DNA from: an uncultured Myxococcales bacterium
Lineage (GTDB): Bacteria; Myxococcota_A; UBA9042; DTJE01
DNA length: 56,941 bases
Direction: 5' to 3'
NCBI GenBank assembly: GCA_964424165.1
Contig: CAYRIB010000001.1
Span: 13,360-70,300 of the forward strand
Part shown: one piece after another, positions 9,056-19,641 of the stretch
Position numbering within the stretch: position 1 is the stretch's first letter
Layout: every line of letters starts with the position of its first letter
Made by a program: the position numbers and the translations under genes
Notes under the pieces: generated by a model
The model's database searches: none
What the model saw: only the letters and a program-made list of their open reading frames with translations
Told to the model about the DNA's origin: nothing

Positions 9056-10900
9056 CTATTCGGGCTGTATGGGGATCTGGATGGGCATGGCACCACCGGC
9101 CTTCTGGCGGGCCTTGGCCTGGGCTGCGGCAGCTTCCTGCTGCCGGTTCGCTTCGTCCTGAACCAGGGCCTTGAAGGCCGGCAACTCGGTCACGCGGCCC
9201 TTGGTCTGAGCCGTGGCCTTGATCTGGCCGTACCATTCCCGGTAGAAGGCCTGCTTCTTGAGAGGAAGCAACTCGTTGCGCACGGCCTCGAGTTCTTCGG
9301 GCGTGGGCTCGGAGGCGGGCGTTTCGGCCTTGAGGCGAACGATGAAACGGGATTCCGAGCCGGTCACGCTGAAGGCCTTCGGTGCCAGGGGTTGCGTTAG
9401 CGTCAGACCCCACAGGGCTTCGAACAGTTCCTCGGATTCGCCGAGGCCCGGCACGGTATTGCGGGTGGCTCCTTCGAGCGAGGCCAGGCTCTCGGGCATG
9501 AAGGGCACGTCACCCGTTTCGCCGGCCTTGACCGGGGTGTGGGGTGCGAAGGCGGCATTGAACTGCTCGGCCGTTGCTGTCAGGGACTTCGTGGGGTCGG
9601 CCTGGGCCAGGGCAAGCAGCTTGGCCGCTTCGGCATCCAGCATCGTCTTGGCCTTCTCGCGGGCCATCAGGCGGGCAGCCACCTGATTCTTCACGTCGTC
9701 GAACACGGGCTCCACGGCCGGGGTCATCGCAGCGACGGCTACCAGATAGAAGGCACCTTCTGTTTCGACCGGATCGGACAGATCGCCCGCGGCCATCTTC
9801 TGAAGGGCATTGCGCAGTTCGGGCGCCATGGTCCCGGCCTCGGCCAGGGTCCATTGCGGCTTCACGCTGAAGGTCTGATTCCCCAGGGCCTTGAATGCCG
9901 CAAGGCGAGCCGGGCCTTGCTGGGTTACCAACTGCTCGCGCTTTGCAGCAACCTCGTCACGGACCGCCTTGATGGCCGCTTCGTAAGCGGCCTTCTGCTC
10001 GTCGGTGACGGCATCGCCGGTCGGGGCGGCAGGCTTCGGGAAGACGGCCAAATGGGTATCGAACTTCGCTTCGACCCGGTAGTCGCCCTTGTGACCGTCG
10101 AAGTATTTCTGCACCTCGTCAAGGTGGTCCTTGAGGTAGGCGGCCGGGTCGCTGTTGGCGCGAATCGGGTCCGCGGCCAGCCATTCGGCCAGAAGGTCCG
10201 GGCTGAGTTCGAGATATTCGGCATTGCGCTTGGTTTTGCGCATCTGCGCGACGTGGCGGACCTCGCGGTCGGACACGGTCACGTTCGCGGTGAGCAGGCC
10301 GATCATCTTCTCGCGCAGGATCTCCTGGCGCACGAAATCCTCGAACTGCCCGAGCGAGGTGTGCAAACCGTAGCGCACCCAGTTGTCATACTGGCGCTTG
10401 TTGAACAGGTTGCTTGACCCGTCGGTGAACGAGGACACGATCCGGGTGCGGACCTCGTCCGGGCTGGCGCGCAGGCCTCGTGCCTCGGCTTCCTCGGCCA
10501 CGAGCAGGGTTTCGGTCAGGTCGTCCATGACCTTTTGTGCCTTGATTCCCGACACGCTGCGTGGATCGGGGATGAACTGCTGGAACAGCGGGTCGCCGCG
10601 CAGCCGGAAGAAGCGCGTGGCTCGATAGTAGAACGCGGCCTGGAACGAACGGGGGTCCATGTCCGCGCCCGGCAGGGGCGGATCGAGCGTCAGGGCCAAC
10701 CCCATGTGCAGGGTCGACGGGTCGATTTCATGGTCACCGATCCTGGCGAGCGTCGTGTCCTTCGAGGACGAACCGCCCCCGCCGCCACAACCCGCTTCGG
10801 GGCCGGCCACGTTGAACGTGAACACGAAGACCACGATGATGATCGCGAACAGGACGTAGATCAGCACCGAGCGGGACTGTTTGCGCAATTCGGACAGCAT
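9056..10900 (-). CDS. PpiD/SurA-like periplasmic chaperone, membrane anchored, with a degenerate parvulin region
   Basis: Start MLSELRKQSRSVLIYVLFAIIIVVFVF is the typical PpiD N-terminal anchor. A long helical chaperone-like body follows. The GDLSDPVETEGAFYLVAV segment resembles the end of a parvulin domain, but no GGDLG block is seen. ATG at 10900..10898. Confidence 0.55.
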   Translation of the reverse strand: MLSELRKQSRSVLIYVLFAIIIVVFVFTFNVAGPEAGCGGGGGSSSKDTTLARIGDHEIDPSTLHMGLALTLDPPLPGADMDPRSFQAAFYYRATRFFRLRGDPLFQQFIPDPRSVSGIKAQKVMDDLTETLLVAEEAEARGLRASPDEVRTRIVSSFTDGSSNLFNKRQYDNWVRYGLHTSLGQFEDFVRQEILREKMIGLLTANVTVSDREVRHVAQMRKTKRNAEYLELSPDLLAEWLAADPIRANSDPAAYLKDHLDEVQKYFDGHKGDYRVEAKFDTHLAVFPKPAAPTGDAVTDEQKAAYEAAIKAVRDEVAAKREQLVTQQGPARLAAFKALGNQTFSVKPQWTLAEAGTMAPELRNALQKMAAGDLSDPVETEGAFYLVAVAAMTPAVEPVFDDVKNQVAARLMAREKAKTMLDAEAAKLLALAQADPTKSLTATAEQFNAAFAPHTPVKAGETGDVPFMPESLASLEGATRNTVPGLGESEELFEALWGLTLTQPLAPKAFSVTGSESRFIVRLKAETPASEPTPEELEAVRNELLPLKKQAFYREWYGQIKATAQTKGRVTELPAFKALVQDEANRQQEAAAAQAKARQKAGGAMPIQIPIQPE

Positions 10901-10982
10901 TGGACCCTCGCTCCCAGAGAAAAGGCGCCGAATCTTACGACAGGACCGTTCAATCCGCAAGACCCGGAACACGCCGGCAATT

Positions 10983-12296
10983 TCAGGATGTCCTTTGCGG
11001 TGTCTGCTCCCACGGACGGGTGGCTAGCGCGGCCCCGACCAGATACAACGAGCCCGCGATCAGGACGCTTCCGTTCGTTCCTGCCCGTCGAATCGCATCG
11101 TGCACCGCGCTGCCGAGGTCGGGGATCGTGACGACCGCAGCGGCCTGACCCGGCCGGTGGCGCAGGGCATTTCGAGCCTCGAAGGCCAGCAACGCAGGGT
11201 CGGCGAGACCCGACATCGTCGTTTCGATCACATGATCGAAGAAGGGCGCGATCAGGCGCAGATAGGTGGCGTGGTCCTTGTCGGGCTTGCTGGCATGCAC
11301 CAGTACCGCGGGATGCGGCAGGGGCGTGTGCGTGAGGGTTTCGGCCACCCGAACGGCCGCACCAGGATTGTGGCCTCCGTCCAGGATGATCAAGGGCTCT
11401 TGCGCCACGGTCTGCCATCTCCCGGCCCAAACCGCTGACGCGAGTCCCGTTCGTACGTCCGCTTCGTGCAGGGGCCATCCCTGATCGGCGAGTACCTCGG
11501 CCGTGGCTGCAGCCAGGGCCGCGTTGTCCGCCTGGAACGAACCTGGCAACGATAGAAGGAGTTCGGGCAGGTGCCAGCGCCGGCCCTCGAAGCGCCACGA
11601 CCCACGCTCGGATACCAGTCGAAAGTCCCGGCCTGCTCGCAACGCAGTCGCACCCATGTCCTCGAGCGCCGGGGCCACCACGGCGTCGAACACCCGGTCG
11701 TCGACCCCGGTGACCAGGACGCGGCCCGGTCGTGCGATGTCGACCTTTTCGGCGGCGATCAACTCCGGGGTCGCACCCAGATAGCGCGCATGGTCCAAGG
11801 TGACGTTCGTCAGGATGCTCGCACAGGGTGACAGGACATTGGTCGAGTCCAGCCGTCCGCCCATGCCCACTTCGACGACCGCCATGTCCAGGTCCGCTTC
11901 GGCAAAGGCCAAGAATCCGATCGCGGTCAAGGCCTCGAAGAAGGTGGCCCGGATGCGGCGCTGTCCCGGGTGCGCGTCCATGGCTGCACGCACCCTTGCC
12001 CCGTAACGAAGAAACAGGTTCAGGGCGAGGGGATCGCCGTTGATGCAAAATCGTTCGCGCACGTCGACCAGGTGCGGGGACGTGAACAGCCCGGTCCGCA
12101 AGCCTGCGGCGCGCAGGATGGCCGCCAGGAACGACGCGGTCGAGCCCTTGCCGTTGGTGCCCGAGATCAGGACCGAGGGAAATCGCCGCTCGGGGTGGTC
12201 GAGGCGGGCCAAGAGGCGCCGGATGCGGCCCAGTCCGGGCTTGATCCCAGTAGCCTGCAAACCGGCCAGAAAGTCGAGTTGAAGGGATTCGTCCAC
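10983..12296 (-). CDS. folC: Bifunctional folylpolyglutamate synthase / dihydrofolate synthase
   Basis: GTNGKGSTASF P-loop, FTSPHLVDVRERF and the Mur-ligase middle and C-terminal blocks (VVEVGMGGRLDSTN, ILDGGHNP). GTG start 12 nt after the rpoD stop. Confidence 0.85.
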   Translation of the reverse strand: MDESLQLDFLAGLQATGIKPGLGRIRRLLARLDHPERRFPSVLISGTNGKGSTASFLAAILRAAGLRTGLFTSPHLVDVRERFCINGDPLALNLFLRYGARVRAAMDAHPGQRRIRATFFEALTAIGFLAFAEADLDMAVVEVGMGGRLDSTNVLSPCASILTNVTLDHARYLGATPELIAAEKVDIARPGRVLVTGVDDRVFDAVVAPALEDMGATALRAGRDFRLVSERGSWRFEGRRWHLPELLLSLPGSFQADNAALAAATAEVLADQGWPLHEADVRTGLASAVWAGRWQTVAQEPLIILDGGHNPGAAVRVAETLTHTPLPHPAVLVHASKPDKDHATYLRLIAPFFDHVIETTMSGLADPALLAFEARNALRHRPGQAAAVVTIPDLGSAVHDAIRRAGTNGSVLIAGSLYLVGAALATRPWEQTPQRTS

Positions 12297-12308
12297 GGGC
12301 TCAGGTGC

Positions 12309-14038
<1,730 letters not shown>

Positions 14039-14042
<4 letters not shown>

Positions 14043-15853
14043 CTCGCGTTGAGTGCCGCAACGTCCTGGCTGCTGCGCATGCGGCCCGCGATCCCGTTGA
14101 TCTTGCGGGCCAGGGTCAACTGCTCCTGCTGAAGGCGCAGTAGTTCCTCGTGTTCCCCACCGGCCTGCGCTTCGTCGAGCCGCTTGCGCAAGTCATCGCG
14201 AAGGCGCATCAGGTGGGCGGATTCCAGGGTGCCCAGGGCACGGTCGAACGCTTCGTCCGCGGCCTGGACCGGGTATTTTTCGGGCGTCAGAAGAATGCGT
14301 GACAGGGCCGCCCGAAGGGGCGTGGCCGTGGCCGGATCGGCCGTCACGAAGTGTTCGGCAGGGTCCTCGTCGCCGGACAGGGACAGGGTCACCATTTCGC
14401 TCAGCAGGTCCCGGGCCTCGGAGTCCGTGAGCCACGCGGCGTCGCCCTCGGCAAGGAAGCGTTCGAGCAGGCGCGGGTGCAGCAGCAGCACTTCCAGAAG
14501 CTGCCGTTCCATCGCCGGACAGTCCGATGCCTGAGAGCGACGGGTCTCGGTCCCTGCAGGGTCGCGCATCATGGTGCGCAGCTCGCGCACGTCCACGTTC
14601 AGTTGCCGTGCAAGCTCCTCGCGATACAGGCCGAATCGGAACGGGTCGTGTTCAAGCGCGAACGTCGACTTGGCTTCTTCGAGCACTTGGCGCAGGCCGT
14701 GCGGAGTCGTGCCGTGCTGGGTGATCAGGGACTGCACGAACCAGCCGATCATGGGCCGGGCGAGGCTGATCTCGTGACGAAGGGCTTCGACCCCGTGGGC
14801 GTGGACGAACGAATCCGGGTCCTCGTGAGGGGGCAGCGGTACGATGCGGCCTTCGAGGCCGGCCTCGATCAGCAAGGCCACAGCGCGGCGCGAGGCCTTC
14901 TGCCCGGCCTCGTCGCCGTCGAACATCACCACGACCTGATCGGTGAACCGCTTGAGCAGGCGCAACTGGGCCGATGTCAGGGCCGTTCCGAGCGGGGCTA
15001 CCGCATGGGCGATCCCCGCGGCCGCGAGGGACAAGACATCGAAATTGCCCTCGACCAGAATGGCCTGGCCGGCCTGACGGATGGCACGACGAGCCTGATA
15101 CAGGCCGTAGACGCAGTCACCCTTGAGGAACACCCGTGATTCCGGACTGTTGAGATACTTCGGCCCATCCTCGACCGGGGGCATGAGTCGCCCCGAGAAG
15201 CCGATCACCGCACCGTCGAGGTTGTAGATGGGGCAGACCAGACGTCCACGGAAACGGTCGTAGGGCTCGCCGCCGCCATCGTGGCGCATGGACACGAGGC
15301 CCACGTCCACGGCGTGGCGAACGGATGCGTTGCGCTTCTGAATTTCGGCCACAAGGTCGCCGTGACGCAAACCGCCGAATCCGAGGCCAAAGGCGTCAGC
15401 GGTCGCGGTCGAGATGCCGCGCAAGGCCAGATACTCGCGGGCATGCTCGCCCCCCGCACCCTTCAGGTTGGCCGCAAACACTTCCTGGGCCACGGCCTGC
15501 ACGTGCAGCAGGTCGGCACGCTCGCGGGCCGCCGCCTCCTGGGCCGGGTCGGGCGGACCCTCGGCCGGGAGTTCGACGCCGGCGATCCGGGCCAGGCGCA
15601 CCACGGCCTCGTGCCCCGACAGACCGGCCACCCCCTTGAGGAAGGTCACGGCGTTTCCGCCGGCCTGACAGCCGAAACAATAGTAGAGCTTGCGTTCCTC
15701 GCTCACGTGGAACGAGGGGGTCTTTTCGTGATGAAAAGGACACAAACCGACATAGGAACGGCCGCGCTTCTTCAGGGGTACGAATTCCGACACCACGGCC
15801 ACCAGATTGACCCGGGCCAGGATGTCGCGGACCACCGAATCGAAGCGGGTCAA
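14039..15853 (-). CDS. dnaG: DNA primase
   Basis: Zinc finger [13 protein letters not shown]...[17 protein letters not shown] block [12 protein letters not shown]...[16 protein letters not shown] start at 15853..15851. Confidence 0.9.
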
Positions 15854-15881
15854 GGGACAAACCCCGAAACAAGGGCGCCAT

Positions 15882-15910
15882 ATTATAATGGGTTTTCACG
15901 GGAATGGAAG
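15882..15910 (-). promoter_or_regulatory. Candidate sigma-70 promoter for dnaG-rpoD-folC
   Basis: Palindromic ATTATAAT at 15882-15889 gives a TATAAT -10 on the minus strand, 28 nt upstream of the dnaG start. The -35 candidate at 17-nt spacing is CTTCCA, only 3/6 to consensus. Confidence 0.3.
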
Positions 15911-15917
15911 CGATGCC

Positions 15918-15958
15918 GGAAAAAATTTTCGCGATCCGCGGATGAGGGCCGCGGATTG
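15918..15958 (-). terminator. Probable intrinsic terminator after the amidohydrolase gene
   Basis: Minus strand reads ATCCGCGG-CCCTCAT-CCGCGGAT, a perfect 8-bp GC-rich stem extendable by 3 bp past one mismatch. It is followed by CGCGAAAATTTTTT. It lies directly after the TAG at 15965..15963. Four A residues between stem and T-run make it non-canonical. Confidence 0.5.
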
Positions 15959-15962
15959 CGCT

Positions 15963-17267
15963 CTACAGACCGATCACCTCGGCCGCCGTGTGGTGAAGAA
16001 TCTGGTCACGAATGGCTTTGTCCCCGTGCGTGGCGATCAGCACCTTGGCCAAGGCCAGAGCCTGCGGGTAGAAGGCCCAGTCCGTGCCGTACATCATCTT
16101 TTCGGGACCTGCCGTTTCGATCATGGCCTGCATGGCCGGCACCGAGGGACCCGACAATTCGAGCCAGGCATTGGCGTTGTCCCGGGCCAGGAGCATGGCC
16201 TGTTCCCAGTCCATGGCCGCCCCGGCATGACCGAGGATGAACCTTACATTCGGCAGTTCGTGGATGGGGCGCACGTAGCGATCCATGGTGGCGTAGGTCT
16301 GCATGAGTGCAGGCTCGATGCCGGCGCGGCCCGAGTGCCACAACACGGGGATGCCCAGGTTTCCGGCCTCCACGTAAATCTCCATGGCCGCGTCCGAATC
16401 CGGGAAGATGCGCTGCATGGTGGGGTGGACCTTGACGCCTTTCATGCCCAGCTCTGCATATCGACGCAGCTTCGTGATCTTGTCCGGGTCGTTCGGATGC
16501 ACCGAAGCGAACGGGATCAGGCGATCCAGCAGACCGGTGTTGCGGATGGCATTGAACCATTCGTTGCTGGCGTCGTCCCCGAAGGTCAGGTTCATGGCGA
16601 TCGGCAGGACCACGGACTTGTGGATGCCCAGGCGGTCCATTTCCGCGATGATGTTCGGGATGGTGTGGGTGCGCGCGAACGAGCTGCCGGATTCGTTGAG
16701 AACGAGTTCGAGTTCGTAGTTCATCTCTTCGAGCATGGCGGGGCTCGCACACTTGTTCGCATACAGATCCAGATTGACGGTACACGGAGGGTTGTGGGCG
16801 TCGCAGTTGACATAGTACTGGGTGTCGCCCGTGGGCGCGTTCAAATCGATCGGGGGGGAGTAGGCGAACGCGAATCCCAGGTGCATGTGTGCATCGATCA
16901 CGGGCGGCAGGTCGGGCACCACGCACACGAGCTGACCCTGTTGATTCAGTTCGAAGTAGGGCAGGTCCGCGAGCCCGCGATAGCCCGAGAAGATGCGTTG
17001 GGTCGGGGCTGGATCGAACGGCGACGCATCCTCGACCGCCTCGAGAGCGGTCTCGGGACCGACATCCGGAATCAGGGTCTCGGGGCCATGATCGAGGTCT
17101 GGCACGTCAGTCGGCTCGAACACGTCCTCGGGCGAATCCTGACCCTTGCTGCCGCAACCGGCGATGAGGCGCCCCCCGACCACGGAAGCCATGGCCAGAC
17201 GAACGAACGAACGGCGGTCCATACCTTCGGAAGGCTTCTTTGAACGGGGCGGATGATGGGTCGCCAT
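15963..17267 (-). CDS. Exported (Tat motif plus lipobox) metal-dependent hydrolase, amidohydrolase_2-like
   Basis: ATG 17267..17265 preceded by GGGAGG. N-terminus MATHHPPRSKKPSEGMDRRSFVRLAMASVVGGRLIAGC carries a twin-arginine motif (RRSFV) and a lipobox (IAGC). The TIM-barrel hydrolase body has IDAHMHL, VHP, WHSGR, ILGHAG and YGTDW. Confidence 0.7.
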   Translation of the reverse strand: MATHHPPRSKKPSEGMDRRSFVRLAMASVVGGRLIAGCGSKGQDSPEDVFEPTDVPDLDHGPETLIPDVGPETALEAVEDASPFDPAPTQRIFSGYRGLADLPYFELNQQGQLVCVVPDLPPVIDAHMHLGFAFAYSPPIDLNAPTGDTQYYVNCDAHNPPCTVNLDLYANKCASPAMLEEMNYELELVLNESGSSFARTHTIPNIIAEMDRLGIHKSVVLPIAMNLTFGDDASNEWFNAIRNTGLLDRLIPFASVHPNDPDKITKLRRYAELGMKGVKVHPTMQRIFPDSDAAMEIYVEAGNLGIPVLWHSGRAGIEPALMQTYATMDRYVRPIHELPNVRFILGHAGAAMDWEQAMLLARDNANAWLELSGPSVPAMQAMIETAGPEKMMYGTDWAFYPQALALAKVLIATHGDKAIRDQILHHTAAEVIGL

Positions 17268-17329
17268 GCTACCTCCCAAGAACGAATCCGCCACAGTGTA
17301 GCGATTCGGGCCAGTGGGAACAAGGCCCA

Positions 17330-18577
17330 TCAGCCTTCCGTCCGCAAGCAGGTCAGGGCCTGTTCGCGCGTGGTGATGTCGCCGCGCAACTGACCATCTT
17401 CGACCCGTTCGAGGGCCATCGCGATCGATGCCCCCTTCAGGCCCGCGGCCTGGGCATCGTGACCGTCCACCAGCCGTTCGGGATGAAGGTCCCCGGGTCC
17501 CCAACCCGCGAGCCGGGCTCGGGCATGGTTGAGCGGTGTGGCAGGGGCATTCGTCACGGCGAGCCGGGCCGCCATGGCATCGAGCGCAGCAGGCACGAAC
17601 GGCTGGCGCAGAAGACGCTTTTCCTGGGCCAGGTCATCGAACGGGAGTTCCTGCAGTCGGGGCATCGCCCGCAGAGCGGCAACCACCGTGTCCCGCACCG
17701 GGTTGCTGTGACGCAGATGTACCATGGCCGCGTCCGCGCCGTCGGGTCCGAGGTCCCACAACAGGCCGATCCAGCGAGCCGCGTGGGTGCTTTCGACCAG
17801 TTGATCGAGCGACTGTGCCGCAAGCGCGACGTCGCTCGGGCCGGGGTGCCACTCGGGGATGACGTGTTCGAGGAGTCCGGCGAGTGCCAGCAGACGCAGG
17901 CCGTGCCCGGGTCGGGGCGAGGCCAGGATCTTTTCGAGTTCGTCGCGCACCCGTTCCCGACTGACCGATACCACCCCTGCCGCGCCCTCGCGAATGGCGG
18001 CCGAGGTGGCGGGCGCGATGTCGAAGCCGGTCTGGGCGGCGAACCGCACCGCGCGCAGCATTCGCAGATGGTCCTCGGCGAAGCGTTCACGGGCCTCGCC
18101 GATGGCGCGGATCAGCCGGTCGCGCAGGTCCGCCACGCCCCCGACGAGGTCCAAGCCCTCGCCGGTCATGGGGTCCATGACCATTCCATTGATCGTGAAG
18201 TCGCGACGCGAAACGTCTTCGTGCAAACCGGCGAAGGCTACGTCATCCGGCCGGCGGCCATCCGAATACCCGGATTCGGTGCGAAACGTGGCCACCTCGA
18301 ATTCGTGGCCATGCTTCCACACGCGCACCACGCCAAAGCGAGCCCCGACCTGGACCGTCTTGCGGAACAGGGCCGTCACTGCATCGGGGGTGGCCGCGGT
18401 GGCGATGTCATATTCCACGGGCGATTGTCCCCGCAGCAGGTCGCGCACGGCCCCCCCGACCACGTAGGTCTCGAACCCTGCCTTGCGAAGGACCGCCACG
18501 ACCTCGACCGCGCTGTCAAAGAGGTGATCTTCGGTGGGAAGCGAAACCACGAACGCTTGGCCGGTGCCAACCGTCAT
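17330..18577 (-). CDS. cca: Class II tRNA nucleotidyltransferase family (CCA-adding enzyme; poly(A) polymerase or A-adding not excluded)
   Basis: VVGGAVRDLLRG...EYDIAT, RRDFTINGM and ERVRDELEKIL motifs. ATGA overlap with the upstream kinase-like gene at 18574-18577. Confidence 0.8.
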   Translation of the reverse strand: MTVGTGQAFVVSLPTEDHLFDSAVEVVAVLRKAGFETYVVGGAVRDLLRGQSPVEYDIATAATPDAVTALFRKTVQVGARFGVVRVWKHGHEFEVATFRTESGYSDGRRPDDVAFAGLHEDVSRRDFTINGMVMDPMTGEGLDLVGGVADLRDRLIRAIGEARERFAEDHLRMLRAVRFAAQTGFDIAPATSAAIREGAAGVVSVSRERVRDELEKILASPRPGHGLRLLALAGLLEHVIPEWHPGPSDVALAAQSLDQLVESTHAARWIGLLWDLGPDGADAAMVHLRHSNPVRDTVVAALRAMPRLQELPFDDLAQEKRLLRQPFVPAALDAMAARLAVTNAPATPLNHARARLAGWGPGDLHPERLVDGHDAQAAGLKGASIAMALERVEDGQLRGDITTREQALTCLRTEG

Positions 18578-19641
18578 CGGCAGGACACCACATCGAAGCG
18601 ATGCGCGCTGAGGCGGACTTCGAGCGGGCCCTCATGGGGGTGAAGCTCGCCGTCCACGGTGAAGGGGCCCTCGGTGCGCAACGAGCGCAAGCTTGTGTAG
18701 TCGAGAACCGAGGGATGCCGAAGCTGCCACAGCAGATGCGGCAGGACTCGGACCAGATCGGCCGGGGTACCCTGGCGCACCACGCGTGCCGGGAATCCGC
18801 AACCACACGCCCCGGCCCTAAAAGACCACACCAACCCGTGCACCAGCTTCAGGTCGATCGTCGATGCCACGGCCCCAAGCGCGTCGGGCAGCGCCTCCCC
18901 GTCGACCTCGATGGGCCGCAAGGGAGGTTGCAGGCGCCATGCGTGATCCGTCAGAAAGCGAGTCCGAAACGCCACCCCCAAGGCCCCCTCGAAGAACAGG
19001 CGCATCAACCCCTGATAGCCAGCCCCCATGTTGTCGCACAACTCCAGGGCGCGCATCACGACCGAGGATCCGAAGACCATGGCCACTTCAGGGGCTTGGC
19101 CTTCAGCGCGCACCTCGAGCAGGGACAGGGGGCGGGTCCGGAGGTCCGCGACCGTGCCAGCCCCGAACTGGCGGGCAAAGCGCTGCAGGGTGCGGGCAGG
19201 ATACCCTTTGGTGCCGAGTGCCCGGCTCGCCATGTTATAGGTGCCGCCATTGAGGAACAGCAAGGTCGGCCAGACACGCAGGCCCGCGGACACAGAATCC
19301 CCATACTGGCGCACCAGGGAGTTCAACGTGGCGTGGATCGTGCCGTCTCCGCCGTTGATCGCCAGCACGTTGATGCGACGCTGGTCGAGCAGGTGGCGGA
19401 CCGCGTCGTCGACCTGCGAGCAGTCCGCGGTGACCACCGCGTCCGCACCGGATTGCAAGTGTACGAGAAGGTTGCGATGCGCATACGGAAAGCGATCATT
19501 GTGCAGAGCCGAGGGGTTGGTCAGGACCCCGACGCGAACAGGCTGGATGGCCGGGGATTCGGCCAGCATCGGTGCAAGCGGAGCCAATCTTTCGCCCACG
19601 TCACTACTTGCGGGTGCCGTAGAAGGTCGCCTTGGGGGCAT
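18574..19641 (-). CDS. DAGK/NAD-kinase-fold lipid kinase family protein (GGDGT motif)
   Basis: VLAINGGDGTIHATLNSL is the diacylglycerol-kinase catalytic-domain signature. VGVLTNP is the typical N-terminal strand. Start uncertain: ATG 19641 overlaps the upstream lipoprotein gene by 38 nt, and the alternative ATG 19569 (MLAESPAIQ) leaves a 34-nt gap. Confidence 0.6.
   Translation of the reverse strand: MPPRRPSTAPASSDVGERLAPLAPMLAESPAIQPVRVGVLTNPSALHNDRFPYAHRNLLVHLQSGADAVVTADCSQVDDAVRHLLDQRRINVLAINGGDGTIHATLNSLVRQYGDSVSAGLRVWPTLLFLNGGTYNMASRALGTKGYPARTLQRFARQFGAGTVADLRTRPLSLLEVRAEGQAPEVAMVFGSSVVMRALELCDNMGAGYQGLMRLFFEGALGVAFRTRFLTDHAWRLQPPLRPIEVDGEALPDALGAVASTIDLKLVHGLVWSFRAGACGCGFPARVVRQGTPADLVRVLPHLLWQLRHPSVLDYTSLRSLRTEGPFTVDGELHPHEGPLEVRLSAHRFDVVSCR

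Noticed and set aside
17268-17329. Imperfect hairpin GAATCCGC-N9-GCGATTC between the cca and amidohydrolase genes
   Set aside because: The stem is bulged and only a weak T-run follows. This is not enough to call a terminator or attenuator.
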